NCBI GenBank assembly: GCA_030648435.1
Contig: JAUSHE010000008.1
Location: 3,449-67,448 of the forward strand
DNA: 64,000 nucleotides
Origin: Candidatus Daviesbacteria bacterium
GTDB taxonomy: Bacteria > Patescibacteriota > Microgenomatia > Daviesbacterales > UBA10151
Direction: 5' to 3'
The notes beneath the pieces were generated by a model, which searched no databases, was not told where the DNA came from, and worked only from the letters and a program-made list of their open reading frames with translations. This document shows, piece by piece, positions 49,222 to 59,821 of the stretch (its first letter is position 1; every line of letters starts with the position of its first letter). The position numbers and the translations under genes are program-made.

Positions 49222-49466
49222 TATGCGATACTCACAACTGTTTTGCCTAATTTTTTCTTAAAAGCTACTTTGCCGGTGGAAACGGAAAAAATAGTATAGT
49301 CATTGCCCTGCTTTGTTCCCGTTCCGGAGTAAAATTTATTACCTTTTTGCCGCACTATAATATTGCCGGCAGCTGCTTTTTGACCGCCATAAATCTTAAC
49401 TCCCAATCTCTTGGAAATTGAATCTCTATTCTTTCTTGTACTTCCACCGCCTGTTTTATGCGCCAT
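49221..49466 (-). CDS. rpmA: 50S ribosomal protein L27
   Basis: MAHK.GGGST..NRDS..KRLGVK. Confidence 0.97.
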   Translation of the reverse strand: MAHKTGGGSTRKNRDSISKRLGVKIYGGQKAAAGNIIVRQKGNKFYSGTGTKQGNDYTIFSVSTGKVAFKKKLGKTVVSIA

Positions 49467-49506
49467 AGGATATTAAAATACACCCCGTGAAAACTTAAGT
49501 CAATAG

Positions 49507-49818
49507 TTATTTTTTCACGACCTTTTGATTCAAAACTAATTTTGTCAGTTTGGACCTGTAACCAATTGTTTTCCTGTAATTTGCCTTTGCATGAAATTTA
49601 CTCACTCTGATTTTTGCGCCTTTCAAATCTTCAATCCGTTTTAGGGTTATTTTTTCTTTAAGGTAAGGTGTACCTATCTTTAACTTGCCGTCTTCAGATA
49701 AAAGTAAAACAGCAGCTTCGATTAAGTCACCTTCTTTTTGAAGACTTACTTCAAAACTTTTGCCGGGAATAACTTTATATTGTTTTCCTGATATTTCACA
49801 AACTGCATAATTTAGCAT
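49507..49818 (-). CDS. rplU: 50S ribosomal protein L21
   Basis: YAV....GKQYKV, KIGTP; adjacent to rpmA. Confidence 0.93.
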   Translation of the reverse strand: MLNYAVCEISGKQYKVIPGKSFEVSLQKEGDLIEAAVLLLSEDGKLKIGTPYLKEKITLKRIEDLKGAKIRVSKFHAKANYRKTIGYRSKLTKLVLNQKVVKK

Positions 49819-49827
49819 TCTGAAATT

Positions 49828-50874
49828 CTACCTTTTTTTTGCCGAAGATGCAACCATTCCCAACGAAATGAAAGTTACAATCAGCGAACTTCCCCCATAA
49901 GAAATCAGCGGCAAAGTAATGCCGGTTATCGGCAAAATCCCCACATTCATCCCAATATTAACAAATAACTGAAAAAGAAACATTGAGAATACACCAATTA
50001 TTACTAAAAAACTAAAACTATTATTAACCTGATAAGCTACTTTCAAAAAATAACTAAGTAGAAACATATATAATGATAAAATCAACACAGAGCCGGCAAA
50101 TCCCATTTCTTCGGCAATTGAGGCGAAAATAAAGTCGGTCCTAAATTCCGGCAAAAACTGTAGGCGCGATTGAGTGCCTCTACCCAATCCCCGGCCGAAA
50201 AATTCCCCTGAACCAACAGCTATTGTTGACTGAATAACATTGTAGCCCGTTCCCAGCGGATCAGATTTAGGCGAGAGAAAACTGGTAATCCGGTCTTTCT
50301 GATAACCGTGCAAAAAAAACCAACCAATGGGGACCATCAGTAAAAAAATCAAAAGCAATATAATTGTCTTTTTTAATGAGATACGCGCTGCAAACAGCAT
50401 TCCCAACCATATAGCCCCTACTGTAAGAGCCGAGCCCAGATCAGGCTGTTTAAAAATAAGAAAAATTAAAGGGGCAGACCATAGTAAACTTTTTAAAATA
50501 TTTATTACTGTGGGAAGATTTTCCGACCAAAATTTGGCAAGAAACAAAATCAAAATAGGCTTGGCGAATTCAGAAGGCTGGATATTAAAGATGCCGAGAG
50601 GGATCCAACGTAGCGATCCCCTTGTTTCAATGCCTAAGATAAAAACAGCAATCAGTGAGATAAAAATAACCAGATAAAGCGGCTTAATAATATTTCTAAA
50701 AAACTTCAGTTCACTACGGGAGACCATCAGGAAAAAAATTATCCCAATGATCGCAAAAACAGCCTGCTGAATTGCCAATTCAAAAGACGAGGAATAAATC
50801 ACCAGTACTCCGATTGAAATTAGAAAAAAACTTGCTAAACTAATTTGAAGATTAATGAATTGAAAAATTTTCAC
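49828..50874 (-). CDS. rodA: rod shape-determining SEDS protein RodA
   Basis: QPSEFAK, QPDLG, LPE.RTDFIF, ISYGGSS. Confidence 0.92.
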   Translation of the reverse strand: MKIFQFINLQISLASFFLISIGVLVIYSSSFELAIQQAVFAIIGIIFFLMVSRSELKFFRNIIKPLYLVIFISLIAVFILGIETRGSLRWIPLGIFNIQPSEFAKPILILFLAKFWSENLPTVINILKSLLWSAPLIFLIFKQPDLGSALTVGAIWLGMLFAARISLKKTIILLLIFLLMVPIGWFFLHGYQKDRITSFLSPKSDPLGTGYNVIQSTIAVGSGEFFGRGLGRGTQSRLQFLPEFRTDFIFASIAEEMGFAGSVLILSLYMFLLSYFLKVAYQVNNSFSFLVIIGVFSMFLFQLFVNIGMNVGILPITGITLPLISYGGSSLIVTFISLGMVASSAKKR

Positions 50875-53702
50875 ACTTTTATCACCTTAAATTCAGAACC
50901 TTTTTCCAAAGAAACAGAAGCTGTACTTTTCAAAATTTCTTTTTCAAAATTCTGTGGCCAAGAGGGTGCAATAATTTTAGTCTTATCGGCCAGTGTCATA
51001 TTCTGGTCCTTGCGGTTTTGTTGAACCTGACGGATTAATTCCCGCGCTTTTCCTTCTTCTTCCAGCTCCTGAGTAAGTTTGGTATCCAAAATTGCTTCCG
51101 GCTCAGTTGAGGATTTTCCGTACTCAACTTTCTTAATATTAAGTTCTTCTGCAAGAATTTTTTCCAAATCAGGCATTAATCTTTCAGGTAATTTGTATAA
51201 GATGGAAGCCAATGGCTGGCGAAGCTTAATGCCAGCTTCTTTTCTTTTAGCGTGACCCAATTCGGCAATTTTACGGACCTTGCTCATATCTTCTATCAGT
51301 TTTTCATCAACCGGACCATTTGCCTCCGGAAAACTCTGCAAATGAACCGATTCTTCGTCAGTTAAATTCTTAAATATTTCTTCTGATACAAAAGGCATAA
51401 ACGGCGCCAAAAGCTTACTCAGGGTTGCTAAAACTTCATACATTACCGGTAAAGCTACCTCGACCCTGTCTCTTGACCTTCTGATATACCAAGTTGAGAA
51501 ATCTTGAACAACAAAATCTTCAATTGCCCTCGCAGCACTAACAGCATCATATTTTTCCAAACTTTTACTTACTAAAAATATCAATTGTTCTAATCTCGCC
51601 AAAATCCATTTGTCTAGAACTCCAATATCCCTAATATCCCTAATATCCCTTTTCTCCCCCTCAGCTAAATTCACATAATCAACAAAAAACTTATACGAAT
51701 TCCAGAGAATTAACAAAAATCTTCTTCTGATGTTATTTGCTGCCTCAATCCCGAAATTAAGATTATTTTCAGGATTCTGTGCAACATACAACCATCTCAT
51801 CACATCAACACCAATTTTATCTGCTGCCTCATTAAACTCAATCGCATTACCTTTTGATTTATGCATTTCCTCTCCCTTTTCATCCCTGACTGAGGCAAAA
51901 CCCAAAATTGTTTTAGAAGGGTTTGTCCGCTTTAACGCAGTACTCATGGCAATCAATGAATAAAACCAGTTCCTAAATTGACCAGGGAAACTCTCAGTAA
52001 TAAAATCCGCCGGAAACCAATCCGGAGACATAGTTGAAAACGGCACAATCCCGGCATCAAGCCAGGGGTTTCCCACATCCGGTATCCTTGAAGCAACAGC
52101 CTCACATTTTGTACACTTTATTTTAATTTGATCTATCCATGGTCTATGCGGAGAATTACCTTCAAATTTTTCCCAACCATCTACTGCTTTTTCTCTCAGT
52201 TCTTTTTTACTTCCTATAACCTCAAAATTCCCACACTGATTACATTCCCAAACAGGCAAAGCCAAACCCCAATAACGCTTCTTAGAGATTAACCAATCAT
52301 GCATATTTTTTAACCAATCCAATTCACGTTCTAAGCCCCATTTAGGAAGCCACTTAATCTTTTCAGCCGTCTCTATCATTTGCTCTCGGTAGGTTTTACC
52401 TGAACCATCATCGCGATCCATTGCTATATACCATTCATCAACCACCCGCCACACCAATTCTGTTTTACACCGCCAACACATCGGATAACGGTGTTTTATC
52501 CTTTCCGTTATAAGTAAAAATTTTCCGTTTTCTTTATTTTTCAGAAAATCAATTATTAATTCCGGATGTTTTTTAGCATTTGCTCCTGAAAATTCTTTCA
52601 TCCCGTTTAAATAATTTGCCTCCTCATCTATCAATTCAATTACCGGAAGACTTAATATTGCACCTAATTTAAAATCTTCAGAACCTGCTCCGGGAGCAAT
52701 ATGTACCAGACCTGTTCCCTCCTCCGAACTTATAGGAAGGATCAATTCATCATTTGCTACAACACGGTGAATATAATCTTTCAATGCTTCATCAACTCGT
52801 GGTAAATGATCAAATGGAGCCACATATTCCAAACCGACCAGATCCTGGCCTTTAGTTTTCTTACTTTTCTCTAATTTTCCTAATACATCTGCTCTTTGTT
52901 CCATGACCCAAACTAAATCCCCATTTTCCAACTTAACCTGTATATAATCTGCTTTGGGATCAACCGCCACTGCCACATTTGCCGGAATCGTCCAAGGAGT
53001 TGTTGTCCAAACCACCAAAAACTCATTCTCTCTACTTTTGATCGGCAATTTAAAATAAACTGACTCATGAACAACCTCCTTATAATCCTCAGTCAGCATC
53101 TCGTGTTGTGATATTGCCGTACCACACCTTGGACACCAGGGAACACTATCATGACCTTTATATAACCAACCTTTTTCATTAACTGTCTTTATAAAATTCC
53201 AGATCGCATAGTTATTTTCATCGGAGGATGTGTGATAAGAATGATCCCAATCCATGAAATAACCTAATCTTTTGGATTGTTCTGTTTGAATACCTGAGTA
53301 TTTCTTAACCCTTTCTTTACAAAGGTTAATGAATTTCTCTAAGCTTTTAAATTTATCTCCGGGAATTAGATTCTCAATATCTTTTTTAGAGTGTAAATTT
53401 AATTCTTTCTCAACTTCCACCTCAACCCAAAGTCCCTGCTCATCAAAACCATTCTGGAATCTTTGCTTAAACCCTTTCATATTAAAAAACCGCTGCCAGA
53501 GATCTTTATAAGTCCTACCCCAAGCATGATGAACGCCCATAGGATTATTGGCAGTGATCGGCCCGTCTAAAAAAGAAAACTTTTCATTTGCGAAATTATT
53601 TTTGTTTAAGTATTTTTCAACTATCCCTTCTCTTTTCCAATAATCCAAAAGTTCCCGTTCAAGAGCGGGAAAATCGACCTGTGATGATACCGGTTTAAAC
53701 AT
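50871..53702 (-). CDS. ileS: isoleucine--tRNA ligase
   Basis: DGPITAN, WTTTPWT, GTGLVHIAP, DWLISKKRYWG, EMHKS. Confidence 0.95.
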   Translation of the reverse strand: MFKPVSSQVDFPALERELLDYWKREGIVEKYLNKNNFANEKFSFLDGPITANNPMGVHHAWGRTYKDLWQRFFNMKGFKQRFQNGFDEQGLWVEVEVEKELNLHSKKDIENLIPGDKFKSLEKFINLCKERVKKYSGIQTEQSKRLGYFMDWDHSYHTSSDENNYAIWNFIKTVNEKGWLYKGHDSVPWCPRCGTAISQHEMLTEDYKEVVHESVYFKLPIKSRENEFLVVWTTTPWTIPANVAVAVDPKADYIQVKLENGDLVWVMEQRADVLGKLEKSKKTKGQDLVGLEYVAPFDHLPRVDEALKDYIHRVVANDELILPISSEEGTGLVHIAPGAGSEDFKLGAILSLPVIELIDEEANYLNGMKEFSGANAKKHPELIIDFLKNKENGKFLLITERIKHRYPMCWRCKTELVWRVVDEWYIAMDRDDGSGKTYREQMIETAEKIKWLPKWGLERELDWLKNMHDWLISKKRYWGLALPVWECNQCGNFEVIGSKKELREKAVDGWEKFEGNSPHRPWIDQIKIKCTKCEAVASRIPDVGNPWLDAGIVPFSTMSPDWFPADFITESFPGQFRNWFYSLIAMSTALKRTNPSKTILGFASVRDEKGEEMHKSKGNAIEFNEAADKIGVDVMRWLYVAQNPENNLNFGIEAANNIRRRFLLILWNSYKFFVDYVNLAEGEKRDIRDIRDIGVLDKWILARLEQLIFLVSKSLEKYDAVSAARAIEDFVVQDFSTWYIRRSRDRVEVALPVMYEVLATLSKLLAPFMPFVSEEIFKNLTDEESVHLQSFPEANGPVDEKLIEDMSKVRKIAELGHAKRKEAGIKLRQPLASILYKLPERLMPDLEKILAEELNIKKVEYGKSSTEPEAILDTKLTQELEEEGKARELIRQVQQNRKDQNMTLADKTKIIAPSWPQNFEKEILKSTASVSLEKGSEFKVIKV
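51622..51648. repeat. in-frame 9-bp tandem repeat in ileS
   Basis: CCAATATCC CTAATATCC CTAATATCC, giving RDIRDIRDI. Confidence 0.85.
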
Positions 53703-53899
53703 AAGCTATATTTTACCTGACTTAGATCAACATTTAAACTAGATAATTATACAATTCCCACAAGGGCCGATCCCATCTCTTTATTTGAATTTATTTGTTT
53801 CATACTCATATTTTTGCCACAAAAAAACCCCACCTTGGCGAGGTTCTTTTTTCACTTTATTCTTTGCAAGTTCATACCAATACGTGGATTTTACCAATT

Positions 53900-54229
53900 T
53901 TAAGCAAAGGACTCAAGATGAAGTTCAGGAAGCACTTTTATCTTGGCAGCTTTTTCAACAGGTTTTAATCTACTTTCAATTCTTCTGATATTACTATCAT
54001 TCATTTTATACATATCAGCATATCCTTTAACTGTTTTCTCAAGCTCAATCACTGCCCCAGTATTAGCATCGAGTCTGTTGTTTATAGCTACCAAGCCAGT
54101 ATCAGGATCATCTAATCTCTCTGTAACACCATCTAATCTCTCTGTAACACCATCCAGCTTTTCTTTAATTGGCTTAATAGTCTCATTAACTACTTCTTTA
54201 ACTACTTTTCTAAATGTATTTTCATCCAT
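53900..54229 (-). CDS. small coiled-coil hypothetical protein
   Basis: Heptad repeat LDGVTER x2. Confidence 0.75.
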   Translation of the reverse strand: MDENTFRKVVKEVVNETIKPIKEKLDGVTERLDGVTERLDDPDTGLVAINNRLDANTGAVIELEKTVKGYADMYKMNDSNIRRIESRLKPVEKAAKIKVLPELHLESFA

Positions 54230-54304
54230 GATTTGATAGTAATCTTAGCAAAAACAAAAATCAAGCGGGATTTTATATATCAAACTAGCCAAAATCTATC
54301 TTAT

Positions 54305-55462
54305 TTAGCGGTTAGAACGCAGGAATGCGGGAATCTCAAGGTCTTCTTCCTCTTCTTCTTGTTTTTGCTCTTCTTGTGCAACTGTCTCCTCGGAAGCTGC
54401 CTGTACCGGTTGCGCATCGTCTGTTGCCTGGAGAGCTCTCCAGTCTGAAGCATGTTGCTGGGAGGAGGAACCAATACCGGTCCCAATATACTCCCTTAGC
54501 CTTCTTCTGGTTTCATCAAAACCCGTGGCAATAACTGAAATCTTAATCTGATCCAGCTGGTCTTCTTTAATGGTGGCACCAAAGATAATATTGGCATCCG
54601 GGTCTGCGGCTTGAGCTATAATTTGCGCCGCTTCGTTTACCTCAGACATGGAAAGATCTGACCCGCCCACAATATTAAATAGCACTCCTTTGGCTCCTTC
54701 AATGGACACTTCGAGAAGCGGGGACGCAATTGCCATTCTAGCCGCAGCGGCCGCTCTATTCTCTCCGCCAGCTACACCAATACCCATAAGAGCTGATCCT
54801 GCATTAGACATAATCGCTTTAACGTCTGCAAAGTCAACATTAATCAGTCCGGGCATAGTGATTAAATCGGAAATGCCCTGCACACCCTGGCCTAAAACCG
54901 AATCAGCCAGCCTAAATGCCTCCTGCAAAGTCATATTTTTCTCTACAGTTTCCAGCAACCGTTGGTTTGGAATCACAATCAAAGCATCAACTTTATCTTT
55001 CAACTTTTCTAACCCGTCCTCAGCCGCTACCATCCTTCTGGTGCCTTCAAAAGCAAAAGGTTTAGTTACAACGGCTACTGTCAATGCTCCAACGCTCTTG
55101 GCAATCTGAGCTACGATTGGTATAGAACCTGTCCCTGTGCCTCCCCCCATACCTGCAGTTAAAAACACCATATCCGCATCCCCCAGAACATCCTGTAATT
55201 TTTGTGTAGACTCCTCAGCAGCTTGTTTTCCTATTTCCGGATCTCCACCTGAACCCAGACCCTTAGTTAAGGTTTCCCCGATTTGAACTTTAGTTGGAGA
55301 CTGGTTATTAAGTAGCGCCTGAGCATCAGTATTTACAGCTACAAATTCAACACCCTGAATCTGCTGAAGAGAAATCATGGAATTTAGGGAGTTGGAACCA
55401 CCGCCTCCAAGGCCCATTACTTTGATCTTGGCAAATCTTTGAACATCAGGTTTGATAAGCAT
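54305..55462 (-). CDS. ftsZ: cell division protein FtsZ
   Basis: [18 protein letters not shown]-terminal EIPAFLR. Confidence 0.99.
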   Translation of the reverse strand: MLIKPDVQRFAKIKVMGLGGGGSNSLNSMISLQQIQGVEFVAVNTDAQALLNNQSPTKVQIGETLTKGLGSGGDPEIGKQAAEESTQKLQDVLGDADMVFLTAGMGGGTGTGSIPIVAQIAKSVGALTVAVVTKPFAFEGTRRMVAAEDGLEKLKDKVDALIVIPNQRLLETVEKNMTLQEAFRLADSVLGQGVQGISDLITMPGLINVDFADVKAIMSNAGSALMGIGVAGGENRAAAAARMAIASPLLEVSIEGAKGVLFNIVGGSDLSMSEVNEAAQIIAQAADPDANIIFGATIKEDQLDQIKISVIATGFDETRRRLREYIGTGIGSSSQQHASDWRALQATDDAQPVQAASEETVAQEEQKQEEEEEDLEIPAFLRSNR

Positions 55463-55591
55463 AAATTTTACCTTGTCAAAATTTAAGCTTGAAAACGAAG
55501 TTTTTCAAGCGGTGCTTTCAAACTCCGTTTATAAGCATAAATGTCTTCGGGCAGAATATATCAAAAACTAATTAGTAATAGCAAGCCCCAA

Positions 55592-56890
55592 TTACGGCAG
55601 AAAGGACTTTACCAAATCTATTCCCTTTTGTATCATCCCTTTGATCGGAAGACTTCCTGAAAAAACCGTCATGTGAGAACCTCGCTCTGACCCCTGAGAC
55701 GTTCCGTATAAAATCAAACCCGCTGCTGCCGAAAAAGCCGGAGAATCTATTTCCTCAACCAGTCCCGAAAATCCGTCGATTTGACCAACTCTGGCCGGGA
55801 AACCCAACACATATTTAGCCTGATCTAAAACTCCGATAGTTTTCGCTCCCCCCCCACAAATCACCAAACCTGAGGGTATCTGTGTGCCAAAACCGCTTTT
55901 TTTGAGTTCTTTACCGACATATTTAAATATTTCCTGAAGCCGGGGTTTAATAATACCATCCACAACTGCCTTACGTGATATCTTTTGAATATCTTCTTCT
56001 ATACCCAATGATTTAACATCTATCCCCTCTTCTTCCTTTTTCTTTATAGCGCTTTTATTGTTTTCCAGTTCAAAGCTATCTGACAAAACAGGAATCGTCT
56101 TGATCTTACCAAGCGATAATTTAATTTTCTCTGCCGATTCCAGGGAAACCCGGAGACCCACTGCCATATCTGATGTAATATGTCTGGCTCCAATTGGTAT
56201 AACGGCAGAATAGGCTACGGATCCGTCAATAAAGATCACAACATCCGTTGTTTCTCCGCCAATATCCAAAAGCATAACACCCAATTCTTTTTCCGTATCG
56301 GTCAATACCGACAAAGCTGAAGCAATCCCCGAAAAAACCAGTTCAGTAACCTCGATACCGACTTCCGAAACACATTTAACCAGATTTTTCATCGATGTCG
56401 AAGAACCCGTAATGATGTGTGTTTCCGTTTCCAGTCTCACTCCGGTCATACCAATCGGATCCTTAATCCCCTGCTGACCATCAACAGTAAAAGTCCGGGG
56501 AATGACATGCAGGATTTCACGGGAAGATGGCAAAGGCATAGCACGGGCCGCATCATTCACCCTTCTTATATCCGACTCTTTTATCTCCTCTTCCGGCTCC
56601 GATACGGCAACAACAGCATGCTGGTTAACGCTTTCAATCTGAGGTCCGCCCAATGCTATAAAAGCCTGAGATATCGAATATCCGGCCATTCTTTCAGCCG
56701 CTTCAACAGATTCTGTTATCGCAGCCACTGCCTCTTCGATATCAACAACTTGCGTTTTTTTAACCCCTTTGGAAACAGTTGAAGAAACGCCGATTAAATT
56801 TATTTTGCCGGCCTCATCAATTGAAGCAATTAAAGTAGCTATTTTTGATGAACCGACATCTATTCCGCAAATTATTCTATCTTTTGCCAT
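55592..56890 (-). CDS. ftsA: cell division protein FtsA
   Basis: DVGSSKI, DIGGETT, GGGA. Confidence 0.97.
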   Translation of the reverse strand: MAKDRIICGIDVGSSKIATLIASIDEAGKINLIGVSSTVSKGVKKTQVVDIEEAVAAITESVEAAERMAGYSISQAFIALGGPQIESVNQHAVVAVSEPEEEIKESDIRRVNDAARAMPLPSSREILHVIPRTFTVDGQQGIKDPIGMTGVRLETETHIITGSSTSMKNLVKCVSEVGIEVTELVFSGIASALSVLTDTEKELGVMLLDIGGETTDVVIFIDGSVAYSAVIPIGARHITSDMAVGLRVSLESAEKIKLSLGKIKTIPVLSDSFELENNKSAIKKKEEEGIDVKSLGIEEDIQKISRKAVVDGIIKPRLQEIFKYVGKELKKSGFGTQIPSGLVICGGGAKTIGVLDQAKYVLGFPARVGQIDGFSGLVEEIDSPAFSAAAGLILYGTSQGSERGSHMTVFSGSLPIKGMIQKGIDLVKSFLP

Positions 56891-56893
56891 AAA

Positions 56894-57643
56894 CTATTTC
56901 TTCTTGGGAGCAAATCGCACCACCGGTTTATCGAATCTTAAATCGATAAATTCCAGTTCATTTAGATCCATTTTAGCTTTATTTAAGATCAGTTGTAAAG
57001 ATGCAAGTTGCACATCAACATTATTATTTAAACGGAAAAGTATCTCTAAAACCGGAGGGTTTGATGTAATAGTAAAAATATCCTGATTAATTCGGGCCGT
57101 ATTAATTTGAATGTTTAAGGTTTTTATTTTATCCAGAACTTTCGGAATATCCGATATGATGCCGGTTAATTTTTGTCCGACTGAAAGATTTTGATTAAAA
57201 ATATAAATTTTCAGAAAATCAGAATTTTCTTCTCCTTTACCGAATACAACCCCCTCATTGTCAATCAAAAAAAATTCTTTTACTAATTCTGCTGATGGGG
57301 TTGCGGCAAAAACTGCCAGCGCTTTGCGGTTTGAAACTTGAAGATATATTTTGTTGGGAAAATACTTTGCAACCGCGGCTGATTTCATGCAGATAAATTG
57401 GCTTTTTAAATTTTCTTCTATTTTTTTTGATTCAATCAGGAAGAAATTCTGCCCCATAAGACCGGAGGAGACCTTCAATTGGTCTTCATTAGCACATGAA
57501 ATATCTTTTGCCTGTATATCAATTTTTTTAATAGTGAAAAAATTGGATTTATAGAAAGCGGATAAAAATCCGGCAATCAAAAATAGAATAATCAGAATAA
57601 TAATTTTCCGGGGGAAATGTTTTCTCTGTTTCTTTTTCCACAT
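56894..57643 (-). CDS. ftsQ: FtsQ/DivIB-like protein
   Basis: TM + POTRA (FPN.I), IDLRF; position between murG and ftsA. Confidence 0.8.
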   Translation of the reverse strand: MWKKKQRKHFPRKIIILIILFLIAGFLSAFYKSNFFTIKKIDIQAKDISCANEDQLKVSSGLMGQNFFLIESKKIEENLKSQFICMKSAAVAKYFPNKIYLQVSNRKALAVFAATPSAELVKEFFLIDNEGVVFGKGEENSDFLKIYIFNQNLSVGQKLTGIISDIPKVLDKIKTLNIQINTARINQDIFTITSNPPVLEILFRLNNNVDVQLASLQLILNKAKMDLNELEFIDLRFDKPVVRFAPKKK

Positions 57644-57644
57644 A

Positions 57645-58703
57645 TTAATTATTTACTAAAAGTATGGTTTCCAAAGCAAGTCGGGAAGCACCATCTGTGA
57701 TAATATTCTTTTTAACGCGCCCCGCTTTTTCATTTAAGGATTTTAAATTATTTAGCATTAATTTAATATTTTCCAAAAGCGTTTGCCCTGATAATTTTGA
57801 TTGCGTCAAAATTTTCGTCAGTCCCAACTTTTCAAAATATTCTGCATTTTTATTTTGTTCTTTGTTTTGAATAGGAATTGTCAGCGTTGGTTTTCCTAAA
57901 ATAGCCACTTCTGTCAAAGTATTGATCCCTGCCCTTGAAACAACAAGATCAGATTGAGATAAAACGTCTCCCCAGTCTTTATTAATCCATTTTCGAACAG
58001 AATAATTGGAATTACTAATATTTTCGAGTCTTTCGTAATCTCTAAATTTATTATCCCCTGTCACATGAATAATTTGCGCAATTTTTGTTAATTTTCCAAT
58101 ACACTGCTCAACGGCTAAATTAATTATATGAGAGCCCTGATTGCCTCCGGTTATTAAAATCGTTGGTAACTTTGTGTCTTTTCTGACTCTGGTTGTCCTG
58201 ACGATCCTCCTGATCGGATTGCCGGTTAAAATAACTTTTTCACCTCTTTCGGTATTAGGAAAAGATACGGCAATCTTATCGGCAAACCAGCCACAGATTT
58301 TATTAGCCAGACCTGAAACTAAAGTTTGTTCATGAATAATTATTGGAATCGAAAAAAGCCAACCCACCATCACTAAAGGAACTGCCACATAACCCCCAAA
58401 AGATAAAATTACATCCGGTTTTTGGGATAAAATTACAAAAAATGATTGTATAAATCCGACTGGGATTTTTAGGAGCGAAGGAATGGTGTAAATTGTAAAA
58501 GTTCTCTGCAGTCGTCCGGTAATTATCGGAATAAATTTTATCCCCATTGATGGCAAAATCTGTGACTCAATCGAGGAAGTACTATCCCCTTCTTGCGTTG
58601 TTTTTCTACCGGCATAAACCACCCGGACGCCGGGATATTTTTTTAATTCCTCCAAAGTCGCAACTGCCGGAGTAAAATGCGCCCCTGTGACCAAAATCTT
58701 CAT
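57645..58703 (-). CDS. murG: undecaprenyl-PP-MurNAc-pentapeptide GlcNAc transferase
   Basis: GGYVA.P, HEQ, TGNPIR, GGNQGS, SRAG. Confidence 0.93.
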   Translation of the reverse strand: MKILVTGAHFTPAVATLEELKKYPGVRVVYAGRKTTQEGDSTSSIESQILPSMGIKFIPIITGRLQRTFTIYTIPSLLKIPVGFIQSFFVILSQKPDVILSFGGYVAVPLVMVGWLFSIPIIIHEQTLVSGLANKICGWFADKIAVSFPNTERGEKVILTGNPIRRIVRTTRVRKDTKLPTILITGGNQGSHIINLAVEQCIGKLTKIAQIIHVTGDNKFRDYERLENISNSNYSVRKWINKDWGDVLSQSDLVVSRAGINTLTEVAILGKPTLTIPIQNKEQNKNAEYFEKLGLTKILTQSKLSGQTLLENIKLMLNNLKSLNEKAGRVKKNIITDGASRLALETILLVNN

Positions 58704-58717
58704 TTATAAATTATATC

Positions 58718-59821
58718 CTAACTGACGCTATTCTGCCTGGAGATATTAAGCAGTATACCCATGGCTGTTAAATTAACAACCAAAGCAGAACCGCCATAAG
58801 ATATAAAAGGCAGAGGAACACCGGTCAGAGGCATCAAGGAAGTCATGGAAGATAAATTAATAATAGTCTGTATCCCCAACCAGGAAGTAAGCCCCAAGGC
58901 CAGTATTTTTCCAAAATTATCTCCGCAATTTGAGGCAACCTTAAAACATCTCAACAGCAGAAAAACAAAAATGCCTATCAATACAACACATCCAAAGAAT
59001 CCCAATTCTTCTCCGGCAATTCCAAAAATTGAATCAGTACTAACCTCCGGAATATATGAGAACTTTTGTCTGGAATGACCCAGTCCTAAACCAAATAATC
59101 CGCCCGAACCTAAAGCAATCAAAACCTGTGAAATGTGATAAGTAAAACCCTGAGGATCTGAGAAAGGATCAAGAAAAGCCAAAATTCTCTTACTTCTGTA
59201 AGCTGATGTTGAAACTAAAAGAAAAAAGGCCACAACTACTGCCGGTATTAATAGGGCGAAATGCCAAATCGGACCCCCTGCCGTAAAATAAACTGCAGCT
59301 CCCGTTGCGGCAAAAACAATGGTAGATCCCAGATCTTTCTGGAAAACGGCAGTTACTAGCGAAACAGCAGAAACCACTACAAGAAAAGGCAGTAGTCTTA
59401 CTTTTTTTTCAAATAAAGCAGCCAAAAAAATAACTCCTGTTAGTTTAATAATTTCAGCCGGCTGCACTGTAATTCCTCCAAATTTTAACCACCGGTGAGC
59501 ACCTCCGCCTGCAACTCCAAATCCCGGGATAAAAACAGCCAGCAGCATGATAAAAGAAAAAACAAATAGCGGCAAAGCTAAAGTCTTAAATTTTTTGTAA
59601 TTAAAACTGGCAAAAAAAATCATGGAACCTATTCCCAATCCCGCCCAAATAAGCTGTTGACGAATATAATACAGACTATCCTTGGCATCCCGAAGGCCCT
59701 GCACGGCTGAAGCATCATAAACCATCAACAATCCGAAAACCACCAGAATGATTGTTGTAAAAAGTATGGAAAAATCAAAAGATCTGTTCTGAAACTGAAG
59801 ATTATTTTTTTTGTATTTCAT
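58718..59821 (-). CDS. ftsW: SEDS protein FtsW
   Basis: QPAEIIK, IPEVSTDSIF, ISYGGS; dcw context. Confidence 0.93.
   Translation of the reverse strand: MKYKKNNLQFQNRSFDFSILFTTIILVVFGLLMVYDASAVQGLRDAKDSLYYIRQQLIWAGLGIGSMIFFASFNYKKFKTLALPLFVFSFIMLLAVFIPGFGVAGGGAHRWLKFGGITVQPAEIIKLTGVIFLAALFEKKVRLLPFLVVVSAVSLVTAVFQKDLGSTIVFAATGAAVYFTAGGPIWHFALLIPAVVVAFFLLVSTSAYRSKRILAFLDPFSDPQGFTYHISQVLIALGSGGLFGLGLGHSRQKFSYIPEVSTDSIFGIAGEELGFFGCVVLIGIFVFLLLRCFKVASNCGDNFGKILALGLTSWLGIQTIINLSSMTSLMPLTGVPLPFISYGGSALVVNLTAMGILLNISRQNSVS

Noticed and set aside
49470-49500. Possible parS site near parB (CGTGAAA half-site)
   Set aside because: Lacks the palindromic other half
53703-53899. Possible T-box leader upstream of ileS
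   Set aside because: A terminator-like hairpin is present near 53821-53850, but there is no T-box consensus (GGTGGnACC) or stem I
54108-54155. 21-bp tandem repeat
   Set aside because: Ordinary coiled-coil heptad duplication (LDGVTER)
55487-55510. Inverted repeat GCTTGAAAA/TTTTCAAGC between ftsA and ftsZ
   Set aside because: Single AT-rich hairpin; cannot distinguish operator, processing site or chance
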